This document shows positions 1-11,167 of a DNA stretch of 64,000 bases, one piece after another. Each line of letters starts with the position of its first letter. Position 1 is the first letter of the stretch. Under the pieces are notes generated by a model, which had not been told where the DNA came from, searched no databases, and saw nothing but the letters and a program-made list of their open reading frames with translations. The position numbers and the translations under genes were made by a program. The DNA is taken from assembly GCA_039815375.1 (NCBI GenBank), contig JBCBZJ010000006.1, positions 67,873-131,872 on the forward strand, written 5' to 3'. Source of the DNA: Verrucomicrobiota bacterium (GTDB lineage: Bacteria > Verrucomicrobiota > Verrucomicrobiia > Opitutales > Coraliomargaritaceae).

Positions 1-2
1 TT

Positions 3-842
3 AAGTTTGAGTATGACGGTTTCGACCGCAGAGTGCGTGTCGTGAAGGAAACTTACAGCGGCGCCACGTGGACGACCGACTCGGATAAGGTGTTTGTCTG
101 GGACAACACACAGATTGCCCAGCGCCGTGCTTCCAACGGCTCGACCGTCGAACGCAGCTACTTTGCGAGTGGTTTTGATGAAGCAGGAAGCGATTACTTC
201 TACACTCGCGACCATTTAGGCAGCATCCGCGAAGTCGTTGCCAGCGATGGGACCACCATTGAAGCTTCTTACGACTACTCGCCTTGGGGTGAGGTCACAA
301 AGACCGGTGGCACTGGCGTAGAGAGCGACTTCCTCTACACAGGACACTTTTACCACGACGAAAGTGACCTACACCTGACGCTCTATCGGGCTTACAATCC
401 TGAGCTGGGCATGTGGCTCTCGCGTGACCCCATCGCGGAGAACGGTGGAATTAACCTGTATGCTTATGTTAATAATAATCCAGCAAACTGGATTGATTTA
501 CTTGGCTTATCTAGCTCACGTTGCGGATGGGAGAAGCCTGGACAAGGTAAAAGAAATAATGATGTCTTAAGTGATACTGCTAAAGATGCAGTAGTCGATT
601 CAACAATTGGAAAAGTTGCTCCAGTAATTGGTCCGGTTCTTAATTACTGGGATAAGCAATCTCAAATTCAGGGTAGAAATCGTGAACCAGGACAACGGGG
701 GGGCGAAATTAATATTAATCTTGAAGATCTGGTGCGTGACATCGTCACAGATACAGCATTACCGATTCCCGGAGCTTCTGGCTTCTTAGAAAGCCAAGAT
801 GCTGGTAACTGCGCTAAGAGAAGAGGAAACCCAAGGAATTAA
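3..842 (+). CDS. Rhs/YD-repeat protein, 3' part (Rhs core plus variable C-terminal putative toxin domain); 5'-truncated by window
   Basis: Frame is open from base 3 (KFEYDGFDRR, a YD repeat). Core motifs TRDHLGSIR, YDYSPWG, YRAYNPELGMWLSRDP and NLYAYVNNNPANWIDLLGL (DPxG-type cleavage boundary at ~495-509). Sequence becomes AT-richer after ~450. Confidence 0.92.
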   Translation, partial: KFEYDGFDRRVRVVKETYSGATWTTDSDKVFVWDNTQIAQRRASNGSTVERSYFASGFDEAGSDYFYTRDHLGSIREVVASDGTTIEASYDYSPWGEVTKTGGTGVESDFLYTGHFYHDESDLHLTLYRAYNPELGMWLSRDPIAENGGINLYAYVNNNPANWIDLLGLSSSRCGWEKPGQGKRNNDVLSDTAKDAVVDSTIGKVAPVIGPVLNYWDKQSQIQGRNREPGQRGGEININLEDLVRDIVTDTALPIPGASGFLESQDAGNCAKRRGNPRN

Positions 843-847
843 AAACT

Positions 848-1081
848 ATGTCTAATCCTAAAATTATATGTCCGAAATGTGGTGCTGAGATGGTTGCCGG
901 AGAAGTCACAATCAAGTCAAACATACGCCTTTTTTTCATTATTGGTCTATCTCAAATGTTTTTGATGTTCCGCGCTAAGAGCGAAAAAAAGGAGAAGAAT
1001 ATTTTGTGGCCCAGGACTACAAAAACAGCCCATTTATGTAAAGACTGCTCAACAGTTCTTATTGAGGATGTTGATGCTTAG
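848..1081 (+). CDS. Small Zn-ribbon protein (CPKC...CKDC), putative Rhs immunity protein
   Basis: Starts 5 bp after the Rhs stop; two CxxC pairs flank a hydrophobic stretch. Immunity role inferred from position only. Confidence 0.6.
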   Translation: MSNPKIICPKCGAEMVAGEVTIKSNIRLFFIIGLSQMFLMFRAKSEKKEKNILWPRTTKTAHLCKDCSTVLIEDVDA

Positions 1082-1174
1082 GAGCTTTTCCCAATCCGAT
1101 TGATGGCGTGTTAGTTTCAGGCTGCGTTCTCTTTCAGAGATTTCGGGGCTAATTCTTCAATTTTCACGAATAAT

Positions 1175-1936
1175 ATGAAATCTACTAAACTATTCGCAAT
1201 AATTTCGATTTATTCAGCACTCAATCTCTCCTTCAACTTGTCAACCTATGCTAGTAGCATAATGTTCTCAGGTGTAATTGACTTCGTAAAAGACGATTCA
1301 AACATTTGGAATAGTGGAATTTTTGTAGGGGCGCCGATCTCCGGAACTATAACATACAATTCTCTAGCAAGTCCTAGAACCTTTTTAAACACGTCCAGAT
1401 TGTATCGAGACGATGTCAATATAAGTGCTACATTTATTGTTGGGTCATCTACTTGGCGTCTTTCTAATCCGAATCTATTCGAGGTAATTGAAGTCAAGAA
1501 TACGATTCCTGAAGATAGCTTTCAGCTAGACTCTGTTGGAACCAATCCAGATTTATTCCCTTCTTTCCTCGGTCAGTATAATTTTCAGTTTGGATTTGGA
1601 GAGACTGATAGATTCAAAGACATCTGGAGTAATCCAGAGTTACCTCGTGAGGATGGGGACGTTGATTTTTTGAATACAGAATTTATATCGGGGAATCTAC
1701 AAAATGAAGGAGGGCTACAATTCGCTGCTTTTACTTTTCAGATTCCTAGTAACAGCATTCTGCTGTCGTCAGTTCCAGAGACTAAAAGCATAGCACTTGT
1801 TTTAGGAAATATAGCGTTAGTATTCACTCTCTTTTCAAGGAAAAGAAGACACAGGCCAACCACTAGCGAACGTTCAGACCGTATACTATTTGTTCATGCT
1901 ATGTCATTGACTAGCTTTGCAATCCTAAATAAATAA
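1175..1936 (+). CDS. Secreted protein with degenerate PEP-CTERM-like sorting signal
   Basis: N-terminal signal peptide; C-terminal VPETKS, hydrophobic helix and RKRRHR, followed by an unusual ~25-aa tail. Confidence 0.7.
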   Translation: MKSTKLFAIISIYSALNLSFNLSTYASSIMFSGVIDFVKDDSNIWNSGIFVGAPISGTITYNSLASPRTFLNTSRLYRDDVNISATFIVGSSTWRLSNPNLFEVIEVKNTIPEDSFQLDSVGTNPDLFPSFLGQYNFQFGFGETDRFKDIWSNPELPREDGDVDFLNTEFISGNLQNEGGLQFAAFTFQIPSNSILLSSVPETKSIALVLGNIALVFTLFSRKRRHRPTTSERSDRILFVHAMSLTSFAILNK

Positions 1937-2014
1937 AACATATATTACTTTGTAGGTGATAAAATTTTCGGACGCCTTCAATTGAGTTGCGATTTTTGGA
2001 TAAGAGAAAATGAA

Positions 2015-2893
2015 ATGAGAAATCCTACAAAGTTGGTAATATCGCACACTTGTGCATTCTTTCTCGCGTATTCTGGTTTGAATGCCGTAACAACGACTGA
2101 TCCTGTTGGTTTTAGTTCAATCGTAGGCGATTCTGGAGGATATATTGTTTCAACTCCATTCGTGAAGAATGCTGTTTTCAGCGGGTCTGTTTCTGTTGAT
2201 GGCACGACAGTCCTCTCTTTCGATAATACAGTTCCTGACTTGAGCGGTGCGCACTATGTCCAAGTGACTTCTGGTGCGCTTTCAGGAACCATTATGGATA
2301 TTGTTTCAAGCGATTCGAGCACAGTCACTTTGGAGACTGTGCTGCCAATCGCTAGCGGTGATATAGTTTTGGTTCGCCCTCATTTCCTTATCGAAGATTT
2401 AGGCACGGAATTTACTAGCGGATCATCAGTTACACTTTACAATTCCGATGGAACACAAGCTGTCTCGACCTATCTGAATAATTTTCTTGGTATGGGCTGG
2501 GACGGTGAGCACACCTCCCCGATTTATCCTGGAGAGGGCTTCGTCCTCATTTCTACAGGGCCTTTTGAAATTATTTACTCCGGTGCAGTTTCAGTTGATC
2601 CAGTTCTCTATTATGGTTCAGGGGGCCTTGTGAATATTATTGGAGCGCTGAGTCCAAACGATGTTGATGCTACCGTTTTATTTGATGACCTCCCAGGATC
2701 TTCGACGATCTCAGTCTATTCGAATGGCAGTGGACTCTTAAACCCAACGGTGTATACAAAAGCACCTGATTTCCTTGGTGGAGCATGGAATCCGGATATT
2801 TCATTGATTGATTTTGGAGGCGATGCTGCGGTCGTGGTGATACCGTCTCAAGATACTCCAATCCCTATTCCGCCCACTATCGTGCTTGAGTAG
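2015..2893 (+). CDS. Secreted beta-rich protein resembling the Verrucomicrobia TIGR02597 paralogous family
   Basis: Signal peptide then TTDPVGF; later HYVQVTSG, LVRPHF and IYPGEGFV motifs. Start moved to ATG 2015. Confidence 0.6.
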   Translation: MRNPTKLVISHTCAFFLAYSGLNAVTTTDPVGFSSIVGDSGGYIVSTPFVKNAVFSGSVSVDGTTVLSFDNTVPDLSGAHYVQVTSGALSGTIMDIVSSDSSTVTLETVLPIASGDIVLVRPHFLIEDLGTEFTSGSSVTLYNSDGTQAVSTYLNNFLGMGWDGEHTSPIYPGEGFVLISTGPFEIIYSGAVSVDPVLYYGSGGLVNIIGALSPNDVDATVLFDDLPGSSTISVYSNGSGLLNPTVYTKAPDFLGGAWNPDISLIDFGGDAAVVVIPSQDTPIPIPPTIVLE

Positions 2894-3388
2894 ATGCAAA
2901 AATGCTGCCTCTGGTCCTGTGCTGAAGAATCAGTTCAGAGCGCTTTCCATTGCTCAACGGCCCAACCTGGGACGTTCGGGTGGGTCTGGCGCGATTCCTC
3001 CATGAAGGCTCGTGCGCTGTTAAAATCTACTAGGGATGGTCCCTACAGTAGACCAAATACCATCTTAGTGTAATGTGATAGGCTTCTTTTGTGCTGTCTT
3101 CCCGCTGATCCTGATAAGGCAATATCCTAGTGAGGAAAACTAAATGAAGCCATAAATCGCCAAAAATAAAATAGTCAAAAGATCAAATTAACGACAGCAA
3201 TTTTACAAACGTTCGTATTAGTAAGGGCCAAAAACTTACGGACTGGATATTCATTTCATTGAGCGTTTAGCTAGCGCTGATAAACTGATCAATCTTGACG
3301 AACTAGGGGCAGGAGAGCTATCAAGCCCCTGTGAATGGCATCTGAATCATCTCAGTTCGTAAGTTTTGGGTTGTGACTGGTACTACTG

Positions 3389-4281
<893 letters not shown>

Positions 4282-4286
4282 GCATC

Positions 4287-4309
4287 GCCGAGATTACCTC
4301 GGCTTTTTT
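4287..4309 (+). terminator. Rho-independent terminator
   Basis: GCCGAG-ATTAC-CTCGGC followed by TTTTTT. Confidence 0.8.
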
Positions 4310-4589
4310 GTGTCTAAGCAGCGTTGTTTTAAGGGACGAAAAAGGGACAAAACTTGGCTCTTTTAGGGTATCTTATGGCATTTTGGTTTGAATGTTCGAA
4401 ATCGATTAATTTTGTAAGAATTTTATAACCAGTATGATGGGTGAAAATATAATTTCTTCTTGTGCGGTGGGAAGTTCTGATGGGGAAATGGTATGACACT
4501 TTTTTAGAAAATAAAGGGCCCGACTGCCAAATCAAGACTTGGCCCATATCCAGTAGCTTCTTTAATTCACCGCTTCAGCAATTTCTTAC

Positions 4590-6140
4590 ATGCAAAAAAC
4601 AGCTCTCCTCTCTGTCAGTGATAAATCCGGGCTCGTGCCATTCGCCAAAGCCCTGGTCGAGAAATACGACTACCGGCTCCTTTCCACCGGTGGCACCGCT
4701 AAGCTTCTCGAAAGTGAGGGGATTCCGGTGACGGAAGTGAGCGACTACACGGGTTTTCCTGAGATGATGGAAGGCCGGGTGAAGACCCTGCATCCGAAGA
4801 TTCACGGTGGCTTGCTGGCTCGCCGCGACAAGGAAGGGCACATGTCGGCCGCATCCGAGCATGGCATCGACATGATCGATTTGGTTGTCGTTAACCTGTA
4901 TCCCTTCGAGGCAACGGTTGCGAAGCCGGATGTGTCTTTCGAGCTGGCGATCGAGAACATCGATATTGGTGGGCCCTCGATGCTGCGCAGCGCAGCGAAG
5001 AACCATGCGTCGGTCTCAGTCGTCGTCGATGCCGCCGACTATGATCGCGTGCTGGCTGCGATGGAAGACGAAACGGAACTGGCCAAGCTACGTCGCGAGC
5101 TGGCATTGAAGGTATTTCAGCGCACTTCTGCATACGACGGAGCGATTTCAAAATACCTCGAATCACAAGTCAGCGAAGAGCCTGATTTGAGTGCAATTTC
5201 CGGTATTCCATCGGAGCTCAGTATCGATCTTCCGCAGGCCAAGGTTCTGCGTTATGGTGAAAATCCGCATCAGCAGGCCGCACTCTATGGGAGTTTTTTC
5301 GACTGCTTTGAACAACTTCAGGGTAAGGAGCTAAGCTTTAACAATATCATCGATATTACAGCCGCGACTTACCTTATCGGAGAATTCCAGAAGCCGACAA
5401 TCGCAATTCTTAAACATACAAATCCATGTGGAGTGGCCTCTGCCGAGGATCTTGTGACTGCCTGGAAACAGGCTTTTGCAACCGATCAACAGGCACCTTT
5501 CGGTGGCATTATTGTTGCCAATCAGACGATCGATATGGACCTGGCCGAGATCATTGGAAAGATCTTTTGTGAAGTGATTATCGCTCCGGATTTTACGCCT
5601 GCTGCGAAGGAGCTTTTCGGCAAGAAAAAGAATCTGCGTCTGATGACTGCGAAGGACAGCTTGCCGGCTGATTCGCTCCGTGAGGTTCGTTCTGTGGTGG
5701 GTGGTATCCTGATGCAGGATCGCGACACCATGCCGGATCGTTCCAGTAGTTGGAAGATCGTTTCCAAGCGCCAACCGACGGATGAGGAGATGCGCGCGAT
5801 GGTTTTTGGTTGGAATGTAGTGAAACACGTCAAATCCAACGCTATAGTCTATGCCGGTTGTGAGCGCACGCTTGGGGTGGGGGCAGGTCAGATGTCTCGA
5901 GTCGATAGCTCCAAGATTGCGGTTTGGAAGGCAGGCGAGGCCGGACTTTCCCTGAATGGTTCAGTGGTTTGCTCGGATGCTTTTTTCCCGTTCCCGGATG
6001 GTCTCATTGCCGCAGCAGAAGCGGGTGCGGTTGCAGCCATCCAGCCCGGTGGATCGGTTCGTGACGAGGAAGTCATCGCCGCCGCCGACGAGCGAAGTAT
6101 GGCAATGATCTTTACCGGTAAGCGGCATTTCAAGCACTAG
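4590..6140 (+). CDS. purH: Bifunctional AICAR transformylase/IMP cyclohydrolase
   Basis: [57 protein letters not shown]. Confidence 0.98.
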   Translation: MQKTALLSVSDKSGLVPFAKALVEKYDYRLLSTGGTAKLLESEGIPVTEVSDYTGFPEMMEGRVKTLHPKIHGGLLARRDKEGHMSAASEHGIDMIDLVVVNLYPFEATVAKPDVSFELAIENIDIGGPSMLRSAAKNHASVSVVVDAADYDRVLAAMEDETELAKLRRELALKVFQRTSAYDGAISKYLESQVSEEPDLSAISGIPSELSIDLPQAKVLRYGENPHQQAALYGSFFDCFEQLQGKELSFNNIIDITAATYLIGEFQKPTIAILKHTNPCGVASAEDLVTAWKQAFATDQQAPFGGIIVANQTIDMDLAEIIGKIFCEVIIAPDFTPAAKELFGKKKNLRLMTAKDSLPADSLREVRSVVGGILMQDRDTMPDRSSSWKIVSKRQPTDEEMRAMVFGWNVVKHVKSNAIVYAGCERTLGVGAGQMSRVDSSKIAVWKAGEAGLSLNGSVVCSDAFFPFPDGLIAAAEAGAVAAIQPGGSVRDEEVIAAADERSMAMIFTGKRHFKH

Positions 6141-6143
6141 GCT

Positions 6144-7292
6144 CTAAGCCTTTTCTGCCGGATCTTCGATGCCCAGCTGGCGGACACGATTGCTCCAACG
6201 CTTGCGTGCGTAGACTCGCATATCTTCAACGCTGTCAGTCTCATCAACAATCTCGAGGCCCATTAAAGTTTCGACGAGATCTTCCAGAGTGACGAGTCCC
6301 TGGGTGCCGCCGAATTCATCGATTACGATTACAATGTGCTTACGCTCTTCAAGAAGCAGTTCGAGAAGTGCATCGAGTTTCAGTGAGCCGACCACCTTCG
6401 GAATAGGTCGCTTCAAGCTTTCGACAGTAACATCTTCTTTCTGTGAGAAATTCTCCAAGAGAATTTCGTATCTAAGGACGAAACCCACGACCTCATCGAG
6501 TGAGTTGGTATAAATCGGTATTCTGCTGAATTCATTCACCTTCGTGAAGATGAGGGCCTCTTTCAGACTCGTGTCTGCCGGAATTGCCGCAATTACAGTG
6601 CGAGGCGTCATGATGTCGCGGACGGTTAGAGATCCAAACTGGAACAGATTGCGAATCACGCGAAGTTCGCCGTCCTTGAGTTGGCCGGATTTTTCTCCAA
6701 GCTGAGCCATCGAGATAAATTCGTCGCGGCTAAAATAGGGTGACTTATTGTCTTTTGCGATAACTCGAGTGATCCTTTCGGAGACCCATACGACCGGGTA
6801 GAGACTGAAGATCAGTCCGTAGACGAACCAGCTTGTGGGTCCCACGAGGCGCGTCCAATAAACCGCCCCGATCGTCTTTGGAATGATTTCGGAGAAGAAT
6901 AGAATCATCAGAGTCATCACCGCTGAAAAGACGCCGAACCATGCGCTACCAAAGACGACCGTTGCCTTGGCACCCGAGCCGATCGCGCCGACGGTGTGTG
7001 CTATGGTATTGAGCGTGAGAATTGCGGCGAGGGAGCGGTCGATGTTCTCAATTTTGATGGAGCGTAGCCGCTTTGCTCTTTTGGGCCGTTTTTCCGCTTC
7101 GTTTTCAATGTAGCTTGGTGTGATACTGAGCAGCACGGCTTCTGCGATTGAGCAGAGAAAGGAGAAAAACAGCGCTAAAAGGATATATGCAGTCAGAGCA
7201 AAAACGTCTGCTTGGGTTGGGGGTCCGGATGGTGCGGCAGTTGCACCGCCTCCCATGGCAGCGATGAGCAGAGTCATTTCGAATAGAAGCAT
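6144..7292 (-). CDS. CNNM/DUF21 plus CBS-domain membrane protein (hemolysin/CorC family)
   Basis: SFLCSIAEA, ILTLNT, SEIIPKTIG, IMTPR, FSRIP, DEFGG...VTLEDLVE. Exact start uncertain. Confidence 0.9.
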   Translation of the reverse strand: MLLFEMTLLIAAMGGGATAAPSGPPTQADVFALTAYILLALFFSFLCSIAEAVLLSITPSYIENEAEKRPKRAKRLRSIKIENIDRSLAAILTLNTIAHTVGAIGSGAKATVVFGSAWFGVFSAVMTLMILFFSEIIPKTIGAVYWTRLVGPTSWFVYGLIFSLYPVVWVSERITRVIAKDNKSPYFSRDEFISMAQLGEKSGQLKDGELRVIRNLFQFGSLTVRDIMTPRTVIAAIPADTSLKEALIFTKVNEFSRIPIYTNSLDEVVGFVLRYEILLENFSQKEDVTVESLKRPIPKVVGSLKLDALLELLLEERKHIVIVIDEFGGTQGLVTLEDLVETLMGLEIVDETDSVEDMRVYARKRWSNRVRQLGIEDPAEKA

Positions 7293-7359
7293 CTCGCTCT
7301 AAGCATTAGAACATTTTCCGCTATTGCCAGTCTAAGAAAGCTCTTTAACTTTTCTCTCA

Positions 7360-8154
7360 ATGCTTACTTTCCTGAACCGCAACGTATGTTTCACCTTTTT
7401 GGTCGCTGTGCTTGTCTTTTCTGGATGCACGACTGTTCCGCAGACAGGGCGCTCTGCCTTACATTTGGTTTCACCGGAGCAGCTTGCTAGCAACGCGGCT
7501 GTTCAGTTCGGAGAGATAAAGCAAAAGACCCCAATCTCCCGTAATCCGACCTATAATGCAATGCTCCAGCGAGTGGGTGATCGCATCGCCTATGTAGCAG
7601 GTCCGGACATGCCGAATGCGCAATGGGAATTTGTCGTCTTCGATGATGACAGCCAGATCAACGCTTTTGCTATGCCGGGTGGTAAAGTTGCGATCTACTC
7701 CGGTCTCTTCAAAGTAGTTCAGTCCGATGCGGATCTTGCTGTTGTGGTAGGTCATGAGGTTGCCCACATCGTAGCGGGTCACAGCGCCGAACGTGTTTCC
7801 CAGCAGATGCTTGCCTCGGGTGGGGCTTTAGCGCTTCAGATCGGAACAAGTAATGCAGATCTCAGCAGCGAGCAGCAACAGCTTCTAATGGCTGCCTATG
7901 GAGCGGGAGCAAGTCTTGGCGTTATCTTGCCCTACAGTCGTCTACATGAGACAGAAGCGGATGAAATCGGTTTAATTTATGCAGCTAAAGCGGGTTACGA
8001 CCCGCGTGCGGCGATTGGTTTTTGGCAGCGGATGGAAGCGCAAGGAGGATCTTCTCCACCTGAATTTCTTTCCACGCACCCGTCCGACGGAACGCGGATG
8101 AGACGCCTAAACGCTCTGATGCCGCGAGCGATAGAAATTTATCAGAATCGTTAA
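7360..8154 (+). CDS. M48 family metallopeptidase lipoprotein
   Basis: Lipobox VFSGC; NAFAMPGG, HEVAH, ETEAD, FLSTHP. Confidence 0.93.
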   Translation: MLTFLNRNVCFTFLVAVLVFSGCTTVPQTGRSALHLVSPEQLASNAAVQFGEIKQKTPISRNPTYNAMLQRVGDRIAYVAGPDMPNAQWEFVVFDDDSQINAFAMPGGKVAIYSGLFKVVQSDADLAVVVGHEVAHIVAGHSAERVSQQMLASGGALALQIGTSNADLSSEQQQLLMAAYGAGASLGVILPYSRLHETEADEIGLIYAAKAGYDPRAAIGFWQRMEAQGGSSPPEFLSTHPSDGTRMRRLNALMPRAIEIYQNR

Positions 8155-8201
8155 ATCAGATTACCGGTTGTCAGTGAGAGGCTTTTCACTTTGCTGACGG
8201 C

Positions 8202-9575
8202 ATGTTCGATCCGCTTCAGACCTTATTAGAGTATACCCGTCAGCCATCCGTATCTACGGACCCCAAATATGCGGAAGGCATGCAAGGGGCGCGCGACTAT
8301 GCCACCGGGCTACTCGAGAAACTTGGTTTTTCAGTAGAATTGGTTGAGACTGAGCTTCACCCGATTCTTTATGCCGAGCGTATTCTGAATCCTGATTGGC
8401 CGCATGTGGTGCTCTACGCTCATTACGATGTCCAGCCGGCGGACCCTTTTGAATTATGGACTTCAAAGCCTTTTGAATCTGAAGTTCGCGATGGTCGGGT
8501 CTATGGTCGCGGCGCAGCAGACAATAAGGGCCCGACTGTAGTCCACATGACAGCGCTTTCCAGAGTGCTCGCAGAGCATCCGGATCTACCGTTGAATTTC
8601 ACCTACGTGATCGAAGGAGAGGAGGAAATCGGAAGCCCGAGTATGCCAAAATTCTTTGATCGTTATGCAGAGCGTTTATCCAAAGCTGACTTTCTTCTCG
8701 TATCTGATTCCGGTAGTCCGAACACAGAACAAATCGTCATCACGACTGCACTGCGTGGTCTGGTCGATTTGGAAATCAGACTCAAGGGTGCTAAAGTCGA
8801 CTTACACTCCGGCATACATGGCGGTGCGGTCTATAACCCTCTTCAGGCGCTTACCGAGATATGTGCGTCCCTTCACAATTCTGATGGAAGCGTGAACGTG
8901 CCTGGCTTCTATGACGATGTGCTTCCTGTTCATGACTGGGAGCGGGAAGAGCTAAAGCGCTATCCTGAAACAGAGGAGAGCTATCGCGAGTTGATTGGGG
9001 TGCCGGGGTTCTTTCCTGCAAATGGCCTCAATCCTCTGGAAGCGGTGCGCTTCGGTCCGACTCTTGAGTTCAACGGGATTGGTGGTGGTTACCAGGGAGA
9101 AGGCAGCAAAACTGTCATCCCGAGCGAAGCTTTTGCCAAAATTACCTGTCGCTTGGTAGCGAACCAGAATCCGGAACAGATCCAGGAGGCGGTCATCGCT
9201 GCGATTGAGGAACGTTGTCCAGATGCTCTCGAACTTATGGTCCGTAGAGGTGGTAGTGGCGAGCCTTACATGGTTGTGCCTCCGGGGCGTATGAACACAC
9301 CGGCAGATCAACCGGCCTCGATTGCACGTGCATTTAAGTCTGCAGATGCCTCGATTGAAGCGGCTTTTGGAAAGTCACCGATCTACCTGCGGGAGGGTGG
9401 CAGTATACCTGTCATTGCCGACTTCAAAAATCGTGCTGGATTAGATTCCTTAATGATCGGGCTCTTTACTCCCGTTGATAATCTCCATGCGCCGGACGAG
9501 AGCTTCGATCTGGGTATCATGAATAAAGCCATCGATGCCTTTGAGCAGATCATCAAAGATATCGCCGGAGTCTGA
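8202..9575 (+). CDS. M20/M25/M40 family dipeptidase
   Basis: YAHYDVQP, GRGAADNKG, EGEEEIGS, DLHSG, HAPDE. Confidence 0.93.
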   Translation: MFDPLQTLLEYTRQPSVSTDPKYAEGMQGARDYATGLLEKLGFSVELVETELHPILYAERILNPDWPHVVLYAHYDVQPADPFELWTSKPFESEVRDGRVYGRGAADNKGPTVVHMTALSRVLAEHPDLPLNFTYVIEGEEEIGSPSMPKFFDRYAERLSKADFLLVSDSGSPNTEQIVITTALRGLVDLEIRLKGAKVDLHSGIHGGAVYNPLQALTEICASLHNSDGSVNVPGFYDDVLPVHDWEREELKRYPETEESYRELIGVPGFFPANGLNPLEAVRFGPTLEFNGIGGGYQGEGSKTVIPSEAFAKITCRLVANQNPEQIQEAVIAAIEERCPDALELMVRRGGSGEPYMVVPPGRMNTPADQPASIARAFKSADASIEAAFGKSPIYLREGGSIPVIADFKNRAGLDSLMIGLFTPVDNLHAPDESFDLGIMNKAIDAFEQIIKDIAGV

Positions 9576-9623
9576 TCGATCGCTGTCTTGCGATCCCGTT
9601 GAATAATGGTAACACAATCACCG

Positions 9624-9761
9624 ATGAAAACATCAATTAAACTCATCCTTGCTTCCGCTTTATCCCTATCGCTTATTGTGCTCACAGGCTGCAATACGGT
9701 GAAGGGCTTTGGCGAAGATCTGGAACGTGCCGGGCAGTCGTTACAAAACACTGGTAACTAA
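9624..9761 (+). CDS. Entericidin EcnA/B family lipoprotein (45 aa; absent from ORF track)
   Basis: MKTSIKLILASALSLSLIVLTG-CNTVKGFGEDLERAGQSL: lipobox plus CNT..G.G.D signature. Confidence 0.88.
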   Translation: MKTSIKLILASALSLSLIVLTGCNTVKGFGEDLERAGQSLQNTGN

Positions 9762-9785
9762 TTTATCTCTTGGCCTGTTCAAGCG

Positions 9786-9806
9786 AGTGGCCTGTGAGCC
9801 ACTTTT
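9786..9806 (+). terminator. Probable terminator after entericidin gene
   Basis: AGTGGC-CTGTGA-GCCACT-TTT. Confidence 0.45.
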
Positions 9807-9924
9807 GGGCAGCGTCTTCGGATCGGATGTGATCTGAGCGCGGATCTCAGGCTGTTCAGTTCATTCGCCCTTTTGGAGCTTTGACTTTCTGAAAGATGTG
9901 TGGGTTTTCAGCATTTCTGACTAG

Positions 9925-11073
9925 ATGAGTTCTCCAACAAAAGCACCTGCGTTCGGTCTTTACTGTCACGTTCCTTTTTGTGCGTCGACTTGTGATTTCT
10001 GTGCGTTTTATCAGGAGAAACCGCGACGGGGTGACTTGGATCGCTACCTTACTGCGATGGATCAGGAATTTGCTCTGCTGCCTGAGGATCGGCCCGTTGA
10101 TACGGTTTTCTGGGGCGGTGGCACCCCGGGACTGCTAGCCGCAAAGGACTTGGAGCGTCTTGGGAAAAGCATGCTCGAGCACCTGAAGCAGCCGCCGAAG
10201 GAATGGACGATCGAAATGGCACCTTCGACAGTCAAAGTGGATAAGTTGGAGGTGCTTAAGGAAATGGGCGTGACTCGTATTTCCATGGGTGTTCAGAGCT
10301 TCGATGCAGCACTTCTGGAGTCACTGGGGCGTCTCCACAATCCCAGGCAAATCCATACAGCTTGGGAACGGATTCAAAATGCAGGCTTTCCTCAAACCAA
10401 TCTCGACCTGATTTTTGCAATACCCAACCAGTCTCTTGAGCAGTGGGAGGCTGACATTCGTGAGGCGGCGCACCTTGGCCCGGACCATATTTCTACCTAT
10501 TGCCTTACTTTTGAAGAAGACACTGCGCTCTACGTCAAACTCGCTCAAGGTAAGATTCGCATCGACGAGGATAGAGAAGTTAGTTTCTACGAGCGCGGTT
10601 GGGAGCTCCTCCATGAGCTCGGCTATCATCAGTATGAGATTTCCAATTTCTCGAAGCTTGGAAAAGAGTGTATCCACAACCTCAATACCTGGCGCATGTA
10701 TGAGTGGATTGGTTGCGGGCCATCTGCAGCAAGCCAGGCAGGAGGAGAGCGGTATCAACGTCCTGCCAATCTGGACCTTTGGATTGAGGGTATGTCCGGT
10801 GTTCCGGCCAAGGAGGAATTGGTCTCCCTGAACGACCGGATGCTTCTCGCCGACAGTATCGTGTTCGGTCTGAGGATGAATGAAGGGATTCACTTTAAAG
10901 AGTTGCTCCAGCGTTTTCCCGAAGCAGGTGATCCAAGTCCTGTAAGAGAATTGCTGTATCGTCTTCTTCGGGAGGGATTGCTCTACGAGGCGGGATCGAG
11001 TTATCGACTCACAGCGAAGGGACGATTGCTTGCAGATGCCATCGGGAGTGAGATTTTGGAAACGATTGATTAA
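9925..11073 (+). CDS. hemW: Radical SAM heme chaperone HemW (HemN-like)
   Basis: HVPFCASTCDFC (CxxxCxxC), GGGTP, RISMGVQSF, YEISNF, HNLNTW. Confidence 0.88.
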   Translation: MSSPTKAPAFGLYCHVPFCASTCDFCAFYQEKPRRGDLDRYLTAMDQEFALLPEDRPVDTVFWGGGTPGLLAAKDLERLGKSMLEHLKQPPKEWTIEMAPSTVKVDKLEVLKEMGVTRISMGVQSFDAALLESLGRLHNPRQIHTAWERIQNAGFPQTNLDLIFAIPNQSLEQWEADIREAAHLGPDHISTYCLTFEEDTALYVKLAQGKIRIDEDREVSFYERGWELLHELGYHQYEISNFSKLGKECIHNLNTWRMYEWIGCGPSAASQAGGERYQRPANLDLWIEGMSGVPAKEELVSLNDRMLLADSIVFGLRMNEGIHFKELLQRFPEAGDPSPVRELLYRLLREGLLYEAGSSYRLTAKGRLLADAIGSEILETID

Positions 11074-11167
11074 TGGATTCGGGTCTTGCGCTTGTTGAGA
11101 GTAGGGCCACCGTTGGCGGCTTTTTTAAAGTCCGGGCCTACCATCGGATCACCTACTGCCACTAACC

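Noticed and set aside
4480..4500. tRNA/tmRNA 3'-end fragment as island att site
   Set aside because: TGGTATGACAC does not extend into a recognisable acceptor or T-arm sequence.
4500..4589. ZTP (pfl) riboswitch upstream of purH
   Set aside because: Only a GGGCC/GGCCC hairpin and CGACTG are present; the conserved P2 and 3' pseudoknot elements are not seen.
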